A DNA stretch of 64,000 nt from Octopus vulgaris (GCA_951406725.2 OX597820.1:95356001-95420000), one strand, 5' to 3'; shown: positions 14,308 through 28,154, counted from the first letter of the stretch. Notes: a model not told the origin generated them from the sequence alone. Numbers and translations are program-made.

Positions 14308-16573
14308 TACGTATATATATGTATATATATGTATATGTATGTGTGTATGCATGTCTTTGTCTATCTATCTACTTCATTAGATGTGGGTTCATTAAAACAG
14401 CGTTAAAATTCATTTACTGTAGATTACTATAGACGTAACGAACACAGAAACACACACACATAAACATACACACTCATAGAATTGATAATATTGAAAACAG
14501 CAAAACGTACACACACGAAGTTTAAACCGTCTAGTAGAAATGACAAAAAGGGGACAAAATACGATAAAATATATTTACGAACATATTATGTTACACACTT
14601 TGATTATTTGATTTTGATTTCACTTTTCTTTTCTTTCCCTTCTTTACGACTGGCCATTTTTGCGGTGACTAGCTTAAAAATTCATTTATTTATTTCCTGC
14701 GACAACGTAAATTACGTTGAGGTATCAAAGATCTGAAGATTAGCTAAGTTACTTTTGTGTTCGTTACTACTAACTGATAAACTTCAGGCTGTTATGAAAC
14801 ATTTGCAGCCTTTATTTTACGTGATCCACTTCTTATCGTTTGGATAGATCGATATATATGTGTGTGTGTGTGTGTATATATATATGCACACACACACTCT
14901 ACATCTGCACAGATACTCAGTGATGATGATGATGATGATATAATAAATGATGGAAGAGGGGCCTTGAAAATCTACCAGATAGATGGAAGAGCATTGTAGA
15001 AAATGAAAGTATATTTTAGATTAAAAAAGAATTTTGCTTATCTTAGTATTGAAATATAAAAGAAGTATAAATAAACCTCATTATTTATATATATGTATAT
15101 ATGTATATATGTGTGTGTATGCACGTATGTATGTATGTATGTATGTATGTATGTATGTATGTATGTATGTATGTATGTATGTATTTATATATGTATGTAT
15201 GCATGCATGCATGTATGTATGTACGTATGTATGTGTGTAAGTGTGCATACACGCGCAAATATATTTACTTGAAGTTTTTGAAAGCGGATCACATGCTAAA
15301 TAAAAGAACTCTATATTTTGGACCTTGTAAGAAGAATATTTAATATTAATTTATTTGTATCAATGTTTATAACTTTGTATCATTCCCCTTAAAAATATTC
15401 AGAACTTATGGAAGAAACATGTAGCATATATTTTGATATATTAAGAAGAAAAGGGAAGCAAAAATGGTGAAAGCAACTAAGAGTGATAAAGAAAGGAGTC
15501 AGTGTGAAAGCTTAAGACAAAAATGCAATTGATTAGCTCTAGGTTTGAATTTAATTAGAGAAATTTAGATTATTGGTGACAAGCAGAATGACCAATAGCA
15601 AATATTAAACCATTATGTAAGTTTAACATTCCGAATGTGCAACCAAATATCGAGAGCTCTATATTAAATTTAAAAGAATATATTTTGAAGTGTGAACAAG
15701 TAAAAATTCAGTTTAAGTAATGAAAAATTATGAAGCTGTATAGGCTTGGATAAGAACCTTCAGATTTCATTAGAATATTGTAACGCTTGTTAAGTCCACT
15801 ACTGATCAGTTGGAATAAAAATTTCAAAGAACAGTATTCATTGAAGAGAAGCAAGAAGGATCTATTTGACTTAATACGAATAGGCTTAATTAGGTCAAAT
15901 GATTACACAATGACGCTCATTAAATTCAGAATCTTAAGAATACAGACTAAGTAAAGAAGATAGGTAATAAATTAGAAGTTAAAAAGAAGTGGGAAAATTC
16001 TGTAGAATAGCATAGAATAGTATAGAACATTATGGTAGATCGTTTAAAATGAACGTATGTGGACTATTGGAGTTCTAGTACTAAGAACGACATAACTAGG
16101 GCATTATGATTGCATGAGAGGAAAAAAATATGAGAAAAGAAAAATGAAATATAGAAAATGCAATATGAGAATATGAAAGCGAGATGTGAACAATTGTAAA
16201 AATACTTGTCAAGTCAAATAAGTGCATACAGCCAGAAAAGATTCATTATTTAGATGCAAATGTATCAAGCTATATCAAGATGTGACTATATAAGCGGAAA
16301 TATATTTAAAATAGCGTAAAGAGTTAAGCATAGTTGAGGAAAACTCAAAAGTGCATTTGGAAAAAATAAAATAAATAAGGAATGCGTAAATATTAATGAA
16401 AAGAGTATACTCGAATATGATATAAAAGTTGCAGAAATGTGAACATGTAAAACTTTATGTAAGCATAAACTCACAAAGCCGTATACGTACATATATATCT
16501 AAACATGCACACACACATCTAAATATACGTATATGACATATACATATATAATACATACATACGTATGTACATA

Positions 16574-17836
16574 CAGGGGTTGGACAAAATAATGGAAACA
16601 CCTACCATCACAGCATCATAATTTTGAAATATCTATAAAACCGTTAAAAGATTGTTTATTTTTATGTTTTTTAAAATTTATTATTAGTGTTGCTTAATAT
16701 GTTTTGCTAAAATTGCTGTTTTTTTTCAGATATCATCAGAAAAAGGTAATTAAAATTCATTAAAATGACAGATCTATTGGACTTTCAAAGAGATCAAATT
16801 GTTGGTGCTCGTAAGGTAGGCGCTAGCGTAACGAAAATAGCCGAAATGTTTGGTATATCAAGAAGTACTGTCTCGAAACTAACGACAGCCTTTGAGAAAG
16901 AGGGAAAAACCTCCTCGTCGAAACAAAACTCCGGAAGAAAACCAAAACTTTCAGATAGGGACCGTCGGACTTTTACACGAATTGTTAGAAAGGATCACAA
17001 AAGTACAGGTCCCAAAATTACTGCAGAGCTTAATTATCACCCCGAGAACCCAGTTTCCACAAAATCTGTTCGCCGGGAGCTGCACAAAGCCTGGTTTCAC
17101 AGGAGGGCAAGCTATCAGAAAACCACTACTTTCGGAAACAAACGTTTAGAGTAGAGTAAAAACCTATTGAATTGGTCCCTAGAGCAGTGGAAGAATGTTA
17201 TTTTCTCGGACGAGTCATTCTTTACCATATTTCCGACCACCGACCGAGTATACGTGTGGAGACAACTAAAAGAAGCATTTGACCCAGACTGCTTTCTTCC
17301 AACTGCTAAACATGGAGTAGGATCTGTGATGATCTGTGGGGCTATATCTTGGAAATCCACCGGCCCAATGATTTCCCTTCATGTCAGAATTGATAGTCAA
17401 GTCTATTTAAACATTTTATTTGATCAAATTCATCCTATGGTTCCAGAACTGTTTCCAGACGGAAATATAATCTTTCAGAATGATAATGCACCAATTCACA
17501 GAGATAAAGTTGTTACTGAATGGCACGTGGAACATTCTAGTGAAGTTGAACATCTTATCTGGCCACCACAGATCCCAGATCTCAATATTATTGAACAATT
17601 ATGGTGCATTTTAGAAAAACGAGTAAGGAGTCAATATCCTCCACCATCATCACTACAAGAACTGGAGACTCTTTTAACTGAATAATGGACAAAAATTGCT
17701 TTGGAAACAATTTAAACTTTCTACGAGTCCATACCGCGTAGAATTCAAGCTGTAATTACTACCAATGGCGGTCCTACCCAATTTTAAAATAAATTTGTTT
17801 GAAATTTTAAGGTGCCTCCATTATTTTGTTCAATCC

Positions 17837-17839
<3 letters not shown>
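16574..17839 (+). mobile_element. Full-length Tc1-like element, DD36E triad, frameshifted transposase
   Basis: TIRs CAGGGGTTGGACAAAATAATGG / CCATTATTTTGTTCAATCCCTG with TA flanks. ORFs 16765-17154 (HTH) and 17167-17685 (VIFSDES; QNDNAP-36 aa-PDLNIIE). Confidence 0.92.
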
Positions 17840-17874
<35 letters not shown>

Positions 17875-17878
<4 letters not shown>

Positions 17879-18116
17879 ATACTAAGTAATTAAGGGTTTA
17901 GCAACAATTTGCCTCACCACACACCGAATTTAGAAATAGCAGTCAAAGAGTTATAGCTATTCTTTCTACTAAAAGGGAGATCTCAGTAAAACCGCAGCGG
18001 TTTTACTGAGATCTCCCTTTTAGTAGAAAGAATAGCTATAACTTTTGACTGCTATTTCTAAATTCGGTGTGTGGTGAGGCAAATCGTTGCTAAACCCTTA
18101 ATTACTTAGTACTACT
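17875..18116. repeat. Near-perfect palindrome with arms of about 120 bp
   Basis: Arms match almost base for base around the centre aaaaccgc-a-gcggtttt (17996). Flanked by (TA)n. Confidence 0.95.
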
Positions 18117-18214
18117 TAAAATTTCCTCGAATGAGGCTTTTACATGCCGAAATCTACTTGGTGAAATTAATGATTATTCCAAATTAATTAATTTCACCCT
18201 ATATTATTACTGAT

Positions 18215-18308
<94 letters not shown>

Positions 18309-19078
18309 CACACACACATTCTACATATGCACAGACACTCAGTGATGATGATGATGATGATATAATAAAAATAGCAACAACAACAGTAGTGATAATTATA
18401 ATGGACTCAATCGTCGAAGACGACGTTCAGTCTTTGCCGAACAACCTACAAAAATGATTTGTTTATAGTGATCAAATGCATGTGCTGTACCTTAGCTCGC
18501 TCTTTCTATCAAAATAACGTTGCCTGAACAGGTGCACGGTCTACCACGCGTCAGGTGTCGAAGTGATCTCAGAACAACGTGAGATGAAGTTGTCTAGGAA
18601 TCGCAGCCACGATTTCGCGATCGTGAGTGCAACGTCCTAACCATTAAATTTTAATGTAACTGGCTGAGTATTCCATATACACACACTTGTATCTTTAATG
18701 TAATTCTCAAGGGGAATCAACATGACTGTGGAAAGGTTGCCCCTTTAAATTACAAGCGGAGTCAATCCGGGGTGAGGAAAGGCTTCTGCAGTTTTCGTTT
18801 ACTGAGTTTCACATTCAAATCTTGGGCCAAACTAAGGCTTTGGCAAAAGACACTGGCCTGGGATGCCACACAGTGGGATCAAGCCCGGTCTCTTACCATT
18901 GCAAGCGAACTTCTTAACCATACAGTCATGCTTGCCTCTAGATGTATATATACGTACTTATTCGCTGACGCACGCACCCCCCCATACGCCCCCACACCCA
19001 CGCGCACTCACACATATGTAAATATACATGCATACATACACATACATACATACATACATACATACATACATACATACA

Positions 19079-19111
<33 letters not shown>

Positions 19112-19119
19112 TTATATAA

Positions 19120-19940
19120 AGTATTGGATATGGATTCAGAGAATCGTGTTGCTATGACAGCAAAGAAACGCAATGTGTCCCTTTCCACGGTGTTCAGAGC
19201 TGAGAACAGGAACCTTGGGATGACTAGCTATGTTCGACGATTCCGTCTTCTATGAGCCAAGGCCAAAGCAATCAGAGTCGAGAGATGCCCAAAGCTTCTG
19301 ACATTCATGAAGCAACAAGGTGCAGGGGGACTCTCGCGTTTGTGGACGAGAAGTTCACTGCGGACGCTGAGGTGAATCGCAGAAATTCTCGAGTCATTGC
19401 ATAGAAACCTGACGTCCCCACTGTGTTTGAGACTAAGAATCCTGCCTCTATGATGGTATTTGGAGTCGTGGCGAGTGATGGAAATGTCATGGGTACATAC
19501 TTCATTGAGTCTGGCTTGAAGTTCGGCACAAAGGAGTATATGGACTTCTTGAAGAACTCTCTGTTACCTTGGATGGAGTAGAAGTTTGGGCTTGGCAATG
19601 TCATACTTTTCCAGGGTTTTGGACCATGCCATGTGTCAAAAGCAACACAGGACTTCTTTGGTGAGAAGGTGCCATTTTTTTGTGAGAGCTAATATCTGGC
19701 CCAGTAATAGCCCAGATCTCAACCTTCTCGATTACTTTTTATGGGTCGTACTTCAAGCAAGGACCTGCATTGTGCTTGCAACACACAAAATTAAAAAGGC
19801 GGAGGTTGCGGCAGCTAGAGAAAAAATTGCTAACGTCTGGAGGCAGTAATTGCCCAAAAGGGCGGTCATATTGAGTGATAAATGTTCTTGTTGTAATAAA
19901 TGTTACATTAAAATTATATCTGTCTACTACCATTGTTTTA
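19120..19940 (+). mobile_element. Degenerate Tc1/mariner transposase, maT (DD37D)-like
   Basis: FVDEKFT, NRRNSR, TKNPASMMVFGVVASDG and WPSNSPDLNLLDYFLW, with stops and frameshifts. Triad spacing cannot be counted exactly. Confidence 0.7.
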
Positions 19941-19980
<40 letters not shown>

Positions 19981-20162
19981 TTTTATGCAACGTAAAAATT
20001 GTCTCAATTTATCTACAAAACCCTACCAACAAAGCCTGCCTGATGAGTAGGTTGGTTTCTGGCACCCTGAGGGATGTAAAGCAAAACTCGTGAAATGGCA
20101 GATGAAGTCGGAAAAGTCAACGGCCGTCCTATTACATGATACCTGTATGTATGTATGTATGT

Positions 20163-20246
<84 letters not shown>

Positions 20247-21415
20247 GTATGTATACAAGTATGTATGTATGTATGTGTGTATGTGTGTATGTATGTATGC
20301 ATGTATGTGTATGTGTGTATGTGTGTGTGTGTATGTATGTGCGAGGACTTAGAAATATCTGGTTTGATACCCAGGTGCGCATTTATTCTACCAAGGTGGC
20401 AAAGGCAACTAATCCAGGAGATGGAGAACTCTAATAGAAAAGCCTGAGGGATGTTCATTGAATTTATACACTTGCTAGCTTCCGGTATACGGAGCTTTTA
20501 ACTGGTAGCACTTGCATGTGCAAGTTGTTTGCAAGACGACATTGATAAACAATTGCACCAACGTTTTGTTATCAATATTTCCAAAAACTGAGGCTGGTCT
20601 TACACAAGCCTCCGTTACTAAAAACAGATAATTTGTGATGGGAGTCTAACAGCTAGGTTGTTGGATCTTCGTGTGTCTAAATCAACGGGGGAATCCATTA
20701 TTCACCATTATTTCATCTTTTCGGGGTCAAATACTGGAGTCAATATAATCGACTAGACCCTCCCCCCAAAGTTTCAAGCCTTGTACCTATAGTAGAAAGG
20801 ATTATACATATAAGCACATGCATTCACAAACAGGCGTACATATGTGCACATGCATTCACAAACAGGCGTACATATGTGCACATAAACGCACCCACGTACG
20901 AACGCACGCATGCATGCACGCCTCCCCAACAATGGTCGTACCTTGATTTCGAGCAATACCATCCTTGAGTGTGTTCTCGTAAACGGGAGCAGGACAGATG
21001 TGGATTTACAGTGATCTCAACAGATGTCACTAGTGATCTAAATTAATTAAAAACATAAGTGGCAACGATGAGTGCCTCTTGCCGCAGGTGTTCAGAGAGC
21101 TTACAACATACGCTGACACATGCTTTCATTCCTTCATGAAATTTTTCATTGACAGTTTTACTTTTCTCGGTTACAGCCAGCCATAGTACGCAACTCAGTA
21201 GAGATGTTAAAAATCAAGCGATACATGAGCATGAAGCTTTTTAAACAAATATAAGCATACATACATGCATATATGTATTTATGTATGTGTGCATATGTGT
21301 GTGCGTGTATGTATGTATGTATGTATGTATGTATGTATGTATGTATGTATGTATGTATGTATGTATGTATGTATGTATGCATGTATGTGTGTATGTATGT
21401 ATGCATGTATGTATG

Positions 21416-21491
<76 letters not shown>

Positions 21492-21548
21492 ATGTTTGTG
21501 TGTGTGTGTCTGTGTGTGTGTGTATTTATGTATGTGTGTATGGTTATA

Positions 21549-22292
21549 CACTGCTGGACAAAATATTAAGACTGCCGACAATTAACTCCTTGCAGACCGA
21601 TATATTCGACTACTTTTCATCAGAGATTCATTATTGGCTAACGGAAAAAGATATACTAAAACCTAAAGAAATGTGCGTTTAAAATTTAACGCACAAAATA
21701 TGCATTGTATGAAAACTAACAATATTTTGCCTAGACAAAAGTTTAAAACCATGACAAATAGCAACCGAAAACAATGGATAAATACTAAAATAAAGTGGGC
21801 TCAATAGTTAGTCGCTCCACCATTCCTGCGAATAGCTTCAAAAATTGGCTGTGGTATACTCGACGCAAGCGTTTGCAGGAGGTTGTCTGGAATGTTACGC
21901 CTCGAGGTGAAGACTGCCGAGTGAAGAGCATTCACAGTCTCAAACTGCGTCTCATTTTTGTAGACATCTCTTGCCATTCATCCCCAAAGATTTTTCGTTA
22001 GAGTTTAGGTCAGGAGAACATGGAAGATGATTCAAAAGTTGAACGTCATTTGTTATTGTTATTTGCCCTGAAGAAATCATTTGGCTTTCGAGTATTATGG
22101 ATTGTAGCATTATCCTATTGATAAATCTTGTCTTCTTCATCCAAACGAGGGCCTTAAGTCAAGAGTGATGTCCGCTCCAACATGACAACATAGCAATTAT
22201 GAATCTATAATGAAAAATTGTCGAACATATCGGTCTGCAAGGAGTTCATTTCGGCAGGTTTTTCACTGGTCTTCAGATTTTGTCCAGCAGTG
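21549..22292 (-). mobile_element. Internally deleted Tc1-like element (MITE-like) with long TIRs
   Basis: TA-CACTGCTGGACAAAAT...ATTTTGTCCAGCAGTG-TA, plus subterminal inverted ctgccga..actccttgcagaccgata. Residual LNHLPCSPDLNSNE on the minus strand. Confidence 0.85.
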
Positions 22293-22799
22293 TACAAGAG
22301 TGTATAAGATAAAGTAGATAAGAGTATTATTGTAATAAATACATCTATGGAAGAAATCGCAATTGGAATTTAAATTAAATGTGTAAGTGCAGGATTCAAC
22401 TACCTGTAATAACAATGAACAACGAAAGCGGTTGAATGTAGAACGAAAAGTGTGGGATTTACAATTATTTATACAATACATCTGTGAGATTACAATGTAG
22501 TATGGACTATTTGTGTAACAGTTCAGAAAATACCTAAAGGCATTGTTTTCTCTTCTTAATATTTAAGACGGATTTCATAAGACTTCAAGGAAGAATGAAA
22601 GACATTTGTTAACTGTATTATATACAAGTAAATACATGCACATGTATACAAATGAATACATGTATAGGTATTCATGTGAGTGTGTATATATGTTGTTGTA
22701 TGTGTGTGTATTTGTGTGGGTGTATGTCTATATATATACATATATATTTTTCTTACCTTCTGTGTGCAAAGGAAGGTGGGTAGCGCCATTATTCTTTGT

Positions 22800-23130
22800 G
22801 GACATTTTATTACCGGTGAAGATTGAAACTGTTAATGTTCCGCTTAAATTGTTGTAGTTAAACACTTGCAAGAAAGACATGAACATCGGAGAGTTTCCAA
22901 ATAGATAATATTTTGGGCAAGGAGGGTTGGGAATATTGACTTTGAGGGTCCTGGAGAGTTCGGCGGGAGAACACTAGAAGGGTGTTGGTGATAGAAGTGG
23001 GTTGGGGTACCTCAGTAGAGAAAGTACAAGGTCAGACAGCATCGAGGAACTAAGGCCATTAGAGTAGCAACTGAAGAAGACAGAGAGAGGAGACAGCACA
23101 CCGGTAAATCAGAGGATGTTACTTGCCTCT
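22800..23130 (-). mobile_element. Degenerate CR1/Jockey-like LINE 3' end
   Basis: Minus-strand YRCAVSSLCLL..SNGLSSS and IWKL..HVF..LQQFKRNIN resemble the common post-RT C-terminus. Confidence 0.45.
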
Positions 23131-23247
23131 TAGTGAATTAATGCCAAACAATCAAGTGACCTATCTCTGGATACGATTCTGGATGTTTGTGTGTGTGTAA
23201 TAGCTGTACCGTTGCAGATGTGGTAGCAATATTCCGTTGTGGGAAAG

Positions 23248-23472
23248 AGGTGAGCGGGTAGGATCGTTACTGCGCCAGAAAGATGCTTAGCACCAGTTCT
23301 TCCGATTTTACATTCTGAGTTCAAATACATTCTGAGTTCAAAGGGTTCGACTTTGCCTTTCATCCTTTCGGGATCGATAAAATAAATACCAGCTGAGTAC
23401 TGGGGTCAAATGTCATCGACTTTCACTCTCTCCCACAATTCCTGGCCATGTGCCAAAACTTGAAACCAATAT
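23248..23472 (+). mobile_element. tRNA-derived SINE family B (GCCTTTCATCCTTTCGGGGTCGATAAAATAAGTACCAG core)
   Basis: Same family at 35498-35680 (+), 50842-51073 (-), 56305-56492 (-), 56525-56720 (+) and 20700-20800 (partial). Confidence 0.75.
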
Positions 23473-23573
23473 TCCTTTATGGGTCCAGCTTGAGAATTGT
23501 AAAATGTTAGCATCTGGTAAGGACCAGAATGTTTTCTGACTGAAAAGAGGTTTATGATGGAATCCTTATTGTG

Positions 23574-23605
<32 letters not shown>

Positions 23606-24126
23606 AAGAAAAAGAGAAAGAGAGTGAGAGAGCGAGAGGGCATTAGAGAGACAGAGAGGGGAGTGAGAGGAAGACGGATAGGGAGAGAAATGGAGAGATA
23701 GAAAAAGAGAGGGAGAGAGAGAAGAGAGAAAGGAAGAGAGGGAGACAGATCGTTCATTTTATCAGTAGATATTTTAAATATTACAATGTAATAATATCTT
23801 ATGAAGTTTGTAAGAAGACAAGTTGATTAGGGAGTTCGAACAATTCAATGTAAATGCAGTTTACCTAAGAAAAATAAACATAAAACACAAATCATTGTGC
23901 ACTTAATACTAATATATTTTTGCCGATGACTTATTCTGTCGGTAGTATTTTTGGTTAACCTTTTACACTAATATATTAAGTGCATCTTACGTAAACGAAG
24001 CGTGATTTTTTTTTCAGTGACGTTATATGTTAAGTCGATTTCGTTAGTTGATGTATCGATAACAAATCATTGTCAGTGAAAAAAAAAACAAAAAAGAAAT
24101 CAAGCAAAACAATCTTATTAGTGATT

Positions 24127-24172
<46 letters not shown>

Positions 24173-24254
24173 ATCTTTAGTACAGTATTACATATTTAAA
24201 AACAAAAAAGGAATAGAAATGGCCTTTCTGATAATTTTTATTACCTGGTGGCTT

Positions 24255-24615
24255 TTAAGCTAGAATATAGCTTTTAAGAAAATGGCCCTGAATGGGAAGA
24301 TCTGCAAACAGAACTCTGATTTGTTTTGGTGAATTTGTTGCGGTTGCTTTCTCCAGAGTCATATCCCAATGATGATCATATTCATCGCAAAAAATCAGGT
24401 AAAACAAATAGCCAAAAACAATCGCAGTAAGGAAAAATATAAGAATCCAAAATTTTAGAATTGCAGGTCCAGATTCGGCCTTCAATGTTTTTAATTTACT
24501 CAGGGAGTCATCCTGATTCCAAAGGGGTATGATTTTTTTGGGCTACGGCCTCTAGGAGTAAAGTTGTAAAAGTTTAACACAATTACACAGTAACATTCAC
24601 ATTCATTATATTAAT
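24255..24615 (-). mobile_element. Helitron relic (RepHel fragment)
   Basis: DEYDHHWDMTLEKATATNSPKQIRVLFA matches the Helitron motif LL.DD.HW..TL.EA....SP.QIR.LFA. Confidence 0.65.
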
Positions 24616-24679
24616 TTATATTATATTATATTATATTATATTATATTATATTATATTATATTATATTATATTATATTTA

Positions 24680-24992
24680 GGCGGCGAGCTGGCAGAATCG
24701 TTAGCACGCCCGACCAAAGCCTTGTGAGTCGATTTGGTAGACGGAAACAGAAAGAAGCCCGTCATATATATGTATATTTATAAGTGTGTGTGTGTCTGTG
24801 TTTGTCCCCCAACATCGCTTGACAATCGATACTGGTGGGTTAACGACCCCGTAACTTAGCCCTTCGGCAAAAGAGACCGATAGAATAAGCACTAAGCTTA
24901 CAAAGAATAAGTCCTGGGGTCGATTTGCTCGACTAAAGGCGGTGCTCCAGCATGGCCACAGTCAAATGACTGAAACAAGTAAAAGATTAAAG
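24680..24992 (+). mobile_element. Chimeric SINE (family B head + family A body)
   Basis: ggcggcgagctggcagaatcgttagcacgcc fused to ccgaccaaagccttgtgag...tgactgaaacaagtaaaag. Confidence 0.75.
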
Positions 24993-25577
24993 AGTGTATT
25001 ACTAAACGTAGATATATAAGCAATAGTGACAATAGAGAATATGGAGACTGGTACAACCTCAGAATTCATTTCCTTTCATTTTATGGTTTTGACGACTTAG
25101 ACGTGTTCCACTGCACAGCGTATGGGCAGTTGCACATGCAACCGGTCATAATTTTTTGTGCAGCTTCTTTTAATGATATTTTGTGCATCTTCTTTTAAAA
25201 ATCTTTTGTGCAGCTAGAGCCTTCCATTGGTTCTTTGACCAAATTATACATGCATAAATACACATACGCATGTGCACCCACGCCTGCGGTTAAAAGTTTG
25301 GGCACCCGCTAAAGCCCACCTCTAAGCCTCTATATTATGGAACTATCCGTACAAAGATCTTTATGTTGCTGAGGAAATTCAGACTGGAGAGTGAATTTTG
25401 TCGTGTATATACTTCTTTTCTAATCAGTTATAGTATATAATATAAAAGCAGAGAGTTTACAGTATACATAACAATGTTATTTATGATCTAAAAATATATT
25501 CTATAATACGGTATATAGAATTGAAACAAAATACTTTTCCTAAACCAGTAATTAAATATATGTATGTATATATGTCT

Positions 25578-25578
25578 G

Positions 25579-25667
<89 letters not shown>

Positions 25668-25676
25668 CTCTATCTG

Positions 25677-25775
<99 letters not shown>

Positions 25776-25792
25776 CTCTCTCTATCTATCTA

Positions 25793-25876
<84 letters not shown>
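25578..25876. repeat. (TATC)n microsatellite of about 300 bp (similar arrays at 4910-5010 and 47228-47490)
   Basis: Direct reading. Confidence 0.95.
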
Positions 25877-26759
25877 CATTTACCAGTGTAACTGAGATTG
25901 ATGTAACAAATGAATAAAAAGGTTCAAAGGGAAAATGAGAGTGGACTGTCGTTTAACATCTGTTTCATTGGTGACCAATGAAATTGGAGCACGTCCGTTC
26001 CAACAGAGAATGACAAAGTAAAGTTTAGAGTCGAGAAAATAAAATTCACGTTGTAGCCTGGGTCTATAATAGAATGTTGCACTCACTAATTTAGTTGAAC
26101 AGTTTGCATGATGGTATATAAGCAGATTAGAGATATAGAGAGAAAGAGAAGGAGAGAAGGAAAGAGAAAGATATAAGTGGATAAATGTACGTGTCAACTG
26201 CCATAGTAGGTTTTTAAAATAGTTGTAATCGAGTCATCAGGTGTTGCAGAAAGTTCATGTTGGCCAATCTAAGTGCTGAAAATGATTGGCACTGAACTTA
26301 AATTAAACTTCATGTATGACTGCATTTCTCTGTCCATTTGTTCAGCACCGTCAAATCGTGGTCATCTAATTCTGTTCTCCCTCTCTCTCTGCGATCGTCT
26401 GTCTCTCTTCTCAAATCTAGCTTGTTATTTGCTACCATTTTATAAGCTGTGACCTTGCTTAATCGGCGCTTGATTGATTTTCTATCAATATTTTCGGATT
26501 CTATTGAATTGTTTCCGACGGCCATCAAAGAGTACGATGTATAGTTGTTGATTGGTTAGATTTTGCTGACGTCATCTCATTCGCAAAATGTTTTGGCAAG
26601 ATTCCATACATTTCAAGCTGATAACAAAGTTATTCTAATTAAATAAAAAGCAATTCAAGTTCGATTTGAGACAGTGACCTGTTACACACACGCAAACACA
26701 TACTTACATACATACAAACATACACACACACCATCGTGCGCACGCGTACTCACACGTTT

Positions 26760-26950
26760 TTCATCATGCTGAACCGTTAATCTCTAGACATTTTCTCTCT
26801 TCGCTTTTTCCCCCTCTTAATTCGTTCTGACGAAGAGCGTAGGCTCGAAACGTCAAAGACATTTCCATTCTTTCAGCTCGTTAAACTAATACACCTGCTA
26901 GTTGTTCCTTCACCTGTCTTCAACTTCTATCTTCTAGAAATTTGAACTAC
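26760..26950 (+). mobile_element. Penelope-like pLTR with minimal hammerhead (GUC site)
   Basis: TCGTT-CTGACGA-A-GAGC-GTAG-GCTC-GAA-ACGT-C-AAAGA at 26822-26859. Confidence 0.65.
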
Positions 26951-27327
26951 ACAAACACCCCTCCCCCACATATTTATATGTTGGTGTACGATTTCTTCCT
27001 TGTGATCTGAGAAAAGGTCTGTACGGACCATCATGTATGCTTCAGAGCCACCAGCCTCTGTGAAAGAGAAGGAAACCTCTTGCTACCAAGGACCTATTCT
27101 GTGTCAAGAAACGTCGCTGGAAACGACGCCGCATTATTCTGGATATATAATAGATCAGTAACGTAGGACAAACCTAATATTCTCAATTTAGTATGCGATC
27201 ACTTTGACATCTGACGCGTAAAACATCGTTCACCTCAATAGGCTATACCAGTTTAATAGGGAGGGGGAGTAAGCTAATTTACAGTAGACGCATTTGATCA
27301 CACACACACACATGCACACACATCTTT

Positions 27328-27715
27328 CTTTTATCTTTTACTTGTTTCAGTCATTAGACTGAAGCCATGCTGGGGCACCGCCTTGAAGAATCTTTTAGAC
27401 GAGTGAATCAACCCCAGTATTTATTTTTTCAGCCTGGCACTTATTCTATCGGTCTCTTTTGCCGAACTGCTAAGTTATGTGGATCTAAACACGGTTGTGA
27501 GGAGGGGGGGGGAGCAAACACAGACACAAAGACACACGCGAACACACATATATAACGGGCTTCTTTCAGCTTCCGTCTACGAAATCCACTCACAAGGCTT
27601 TGATCGGCCCGAGGCTATGGTAGAAGACACTTGCCCAAGGTCCTGCGCAGTGGGATTGAACCGGAAATGATGTGGTTGAGAAGCAAGCATTTTACCACAC
27701 GGTCACACCTGCACC
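27328..27715 (-). mobile_element. tRNA-derived SINE family A
   Basis: Reverse complement of the 36671-37106 element. Confidence 0.8.
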
Positions 27716-27878
27716 TATACACAAACACGCACACATACACACGTACGGACGCACGGATGCACGGACACACAAAAATTTAAGACCCGTAGGAACATCGTAT
27801 TTCGTTATGCAACTATAATATACTACAAAGTATATTAAACGTTCTTGTTAATCAATATATATATACATACATGCATGC

Positions 27879-27909
<31 letters not shown>

Positions 27910-27918
27910 CGTGCATGC

Positions 27919-27949
<31 letters not shown>

Positions 27950-27955
27950 CGTGCA

Positions 27956-28031
<76 letters not shown>

Positions 28032-28154
28032 TTAACAATTAAGGATAAAATCTTAATAAGAAATCTTAACAAGAAATTATCAGGTAGTTAGCGTGAAAAC
28101 CCTCAGAAGAGAAAAAATCTGAAAACTTTTTCACTTGAAAATATTTATTTATCT

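Noticed and set aside
15400-16400. Possible highly decayed LINE remnant (likewise 29050-29790 and 33340-34200)
   Set aside because: Too degenerate to assign a family by eye.
20815-20882. Tandem duplication of about 30 bp, and other short repeats as possible CRISPR-like arrays
   Set aside because: Two adjacent copies without spacers in a eukaryotic context.
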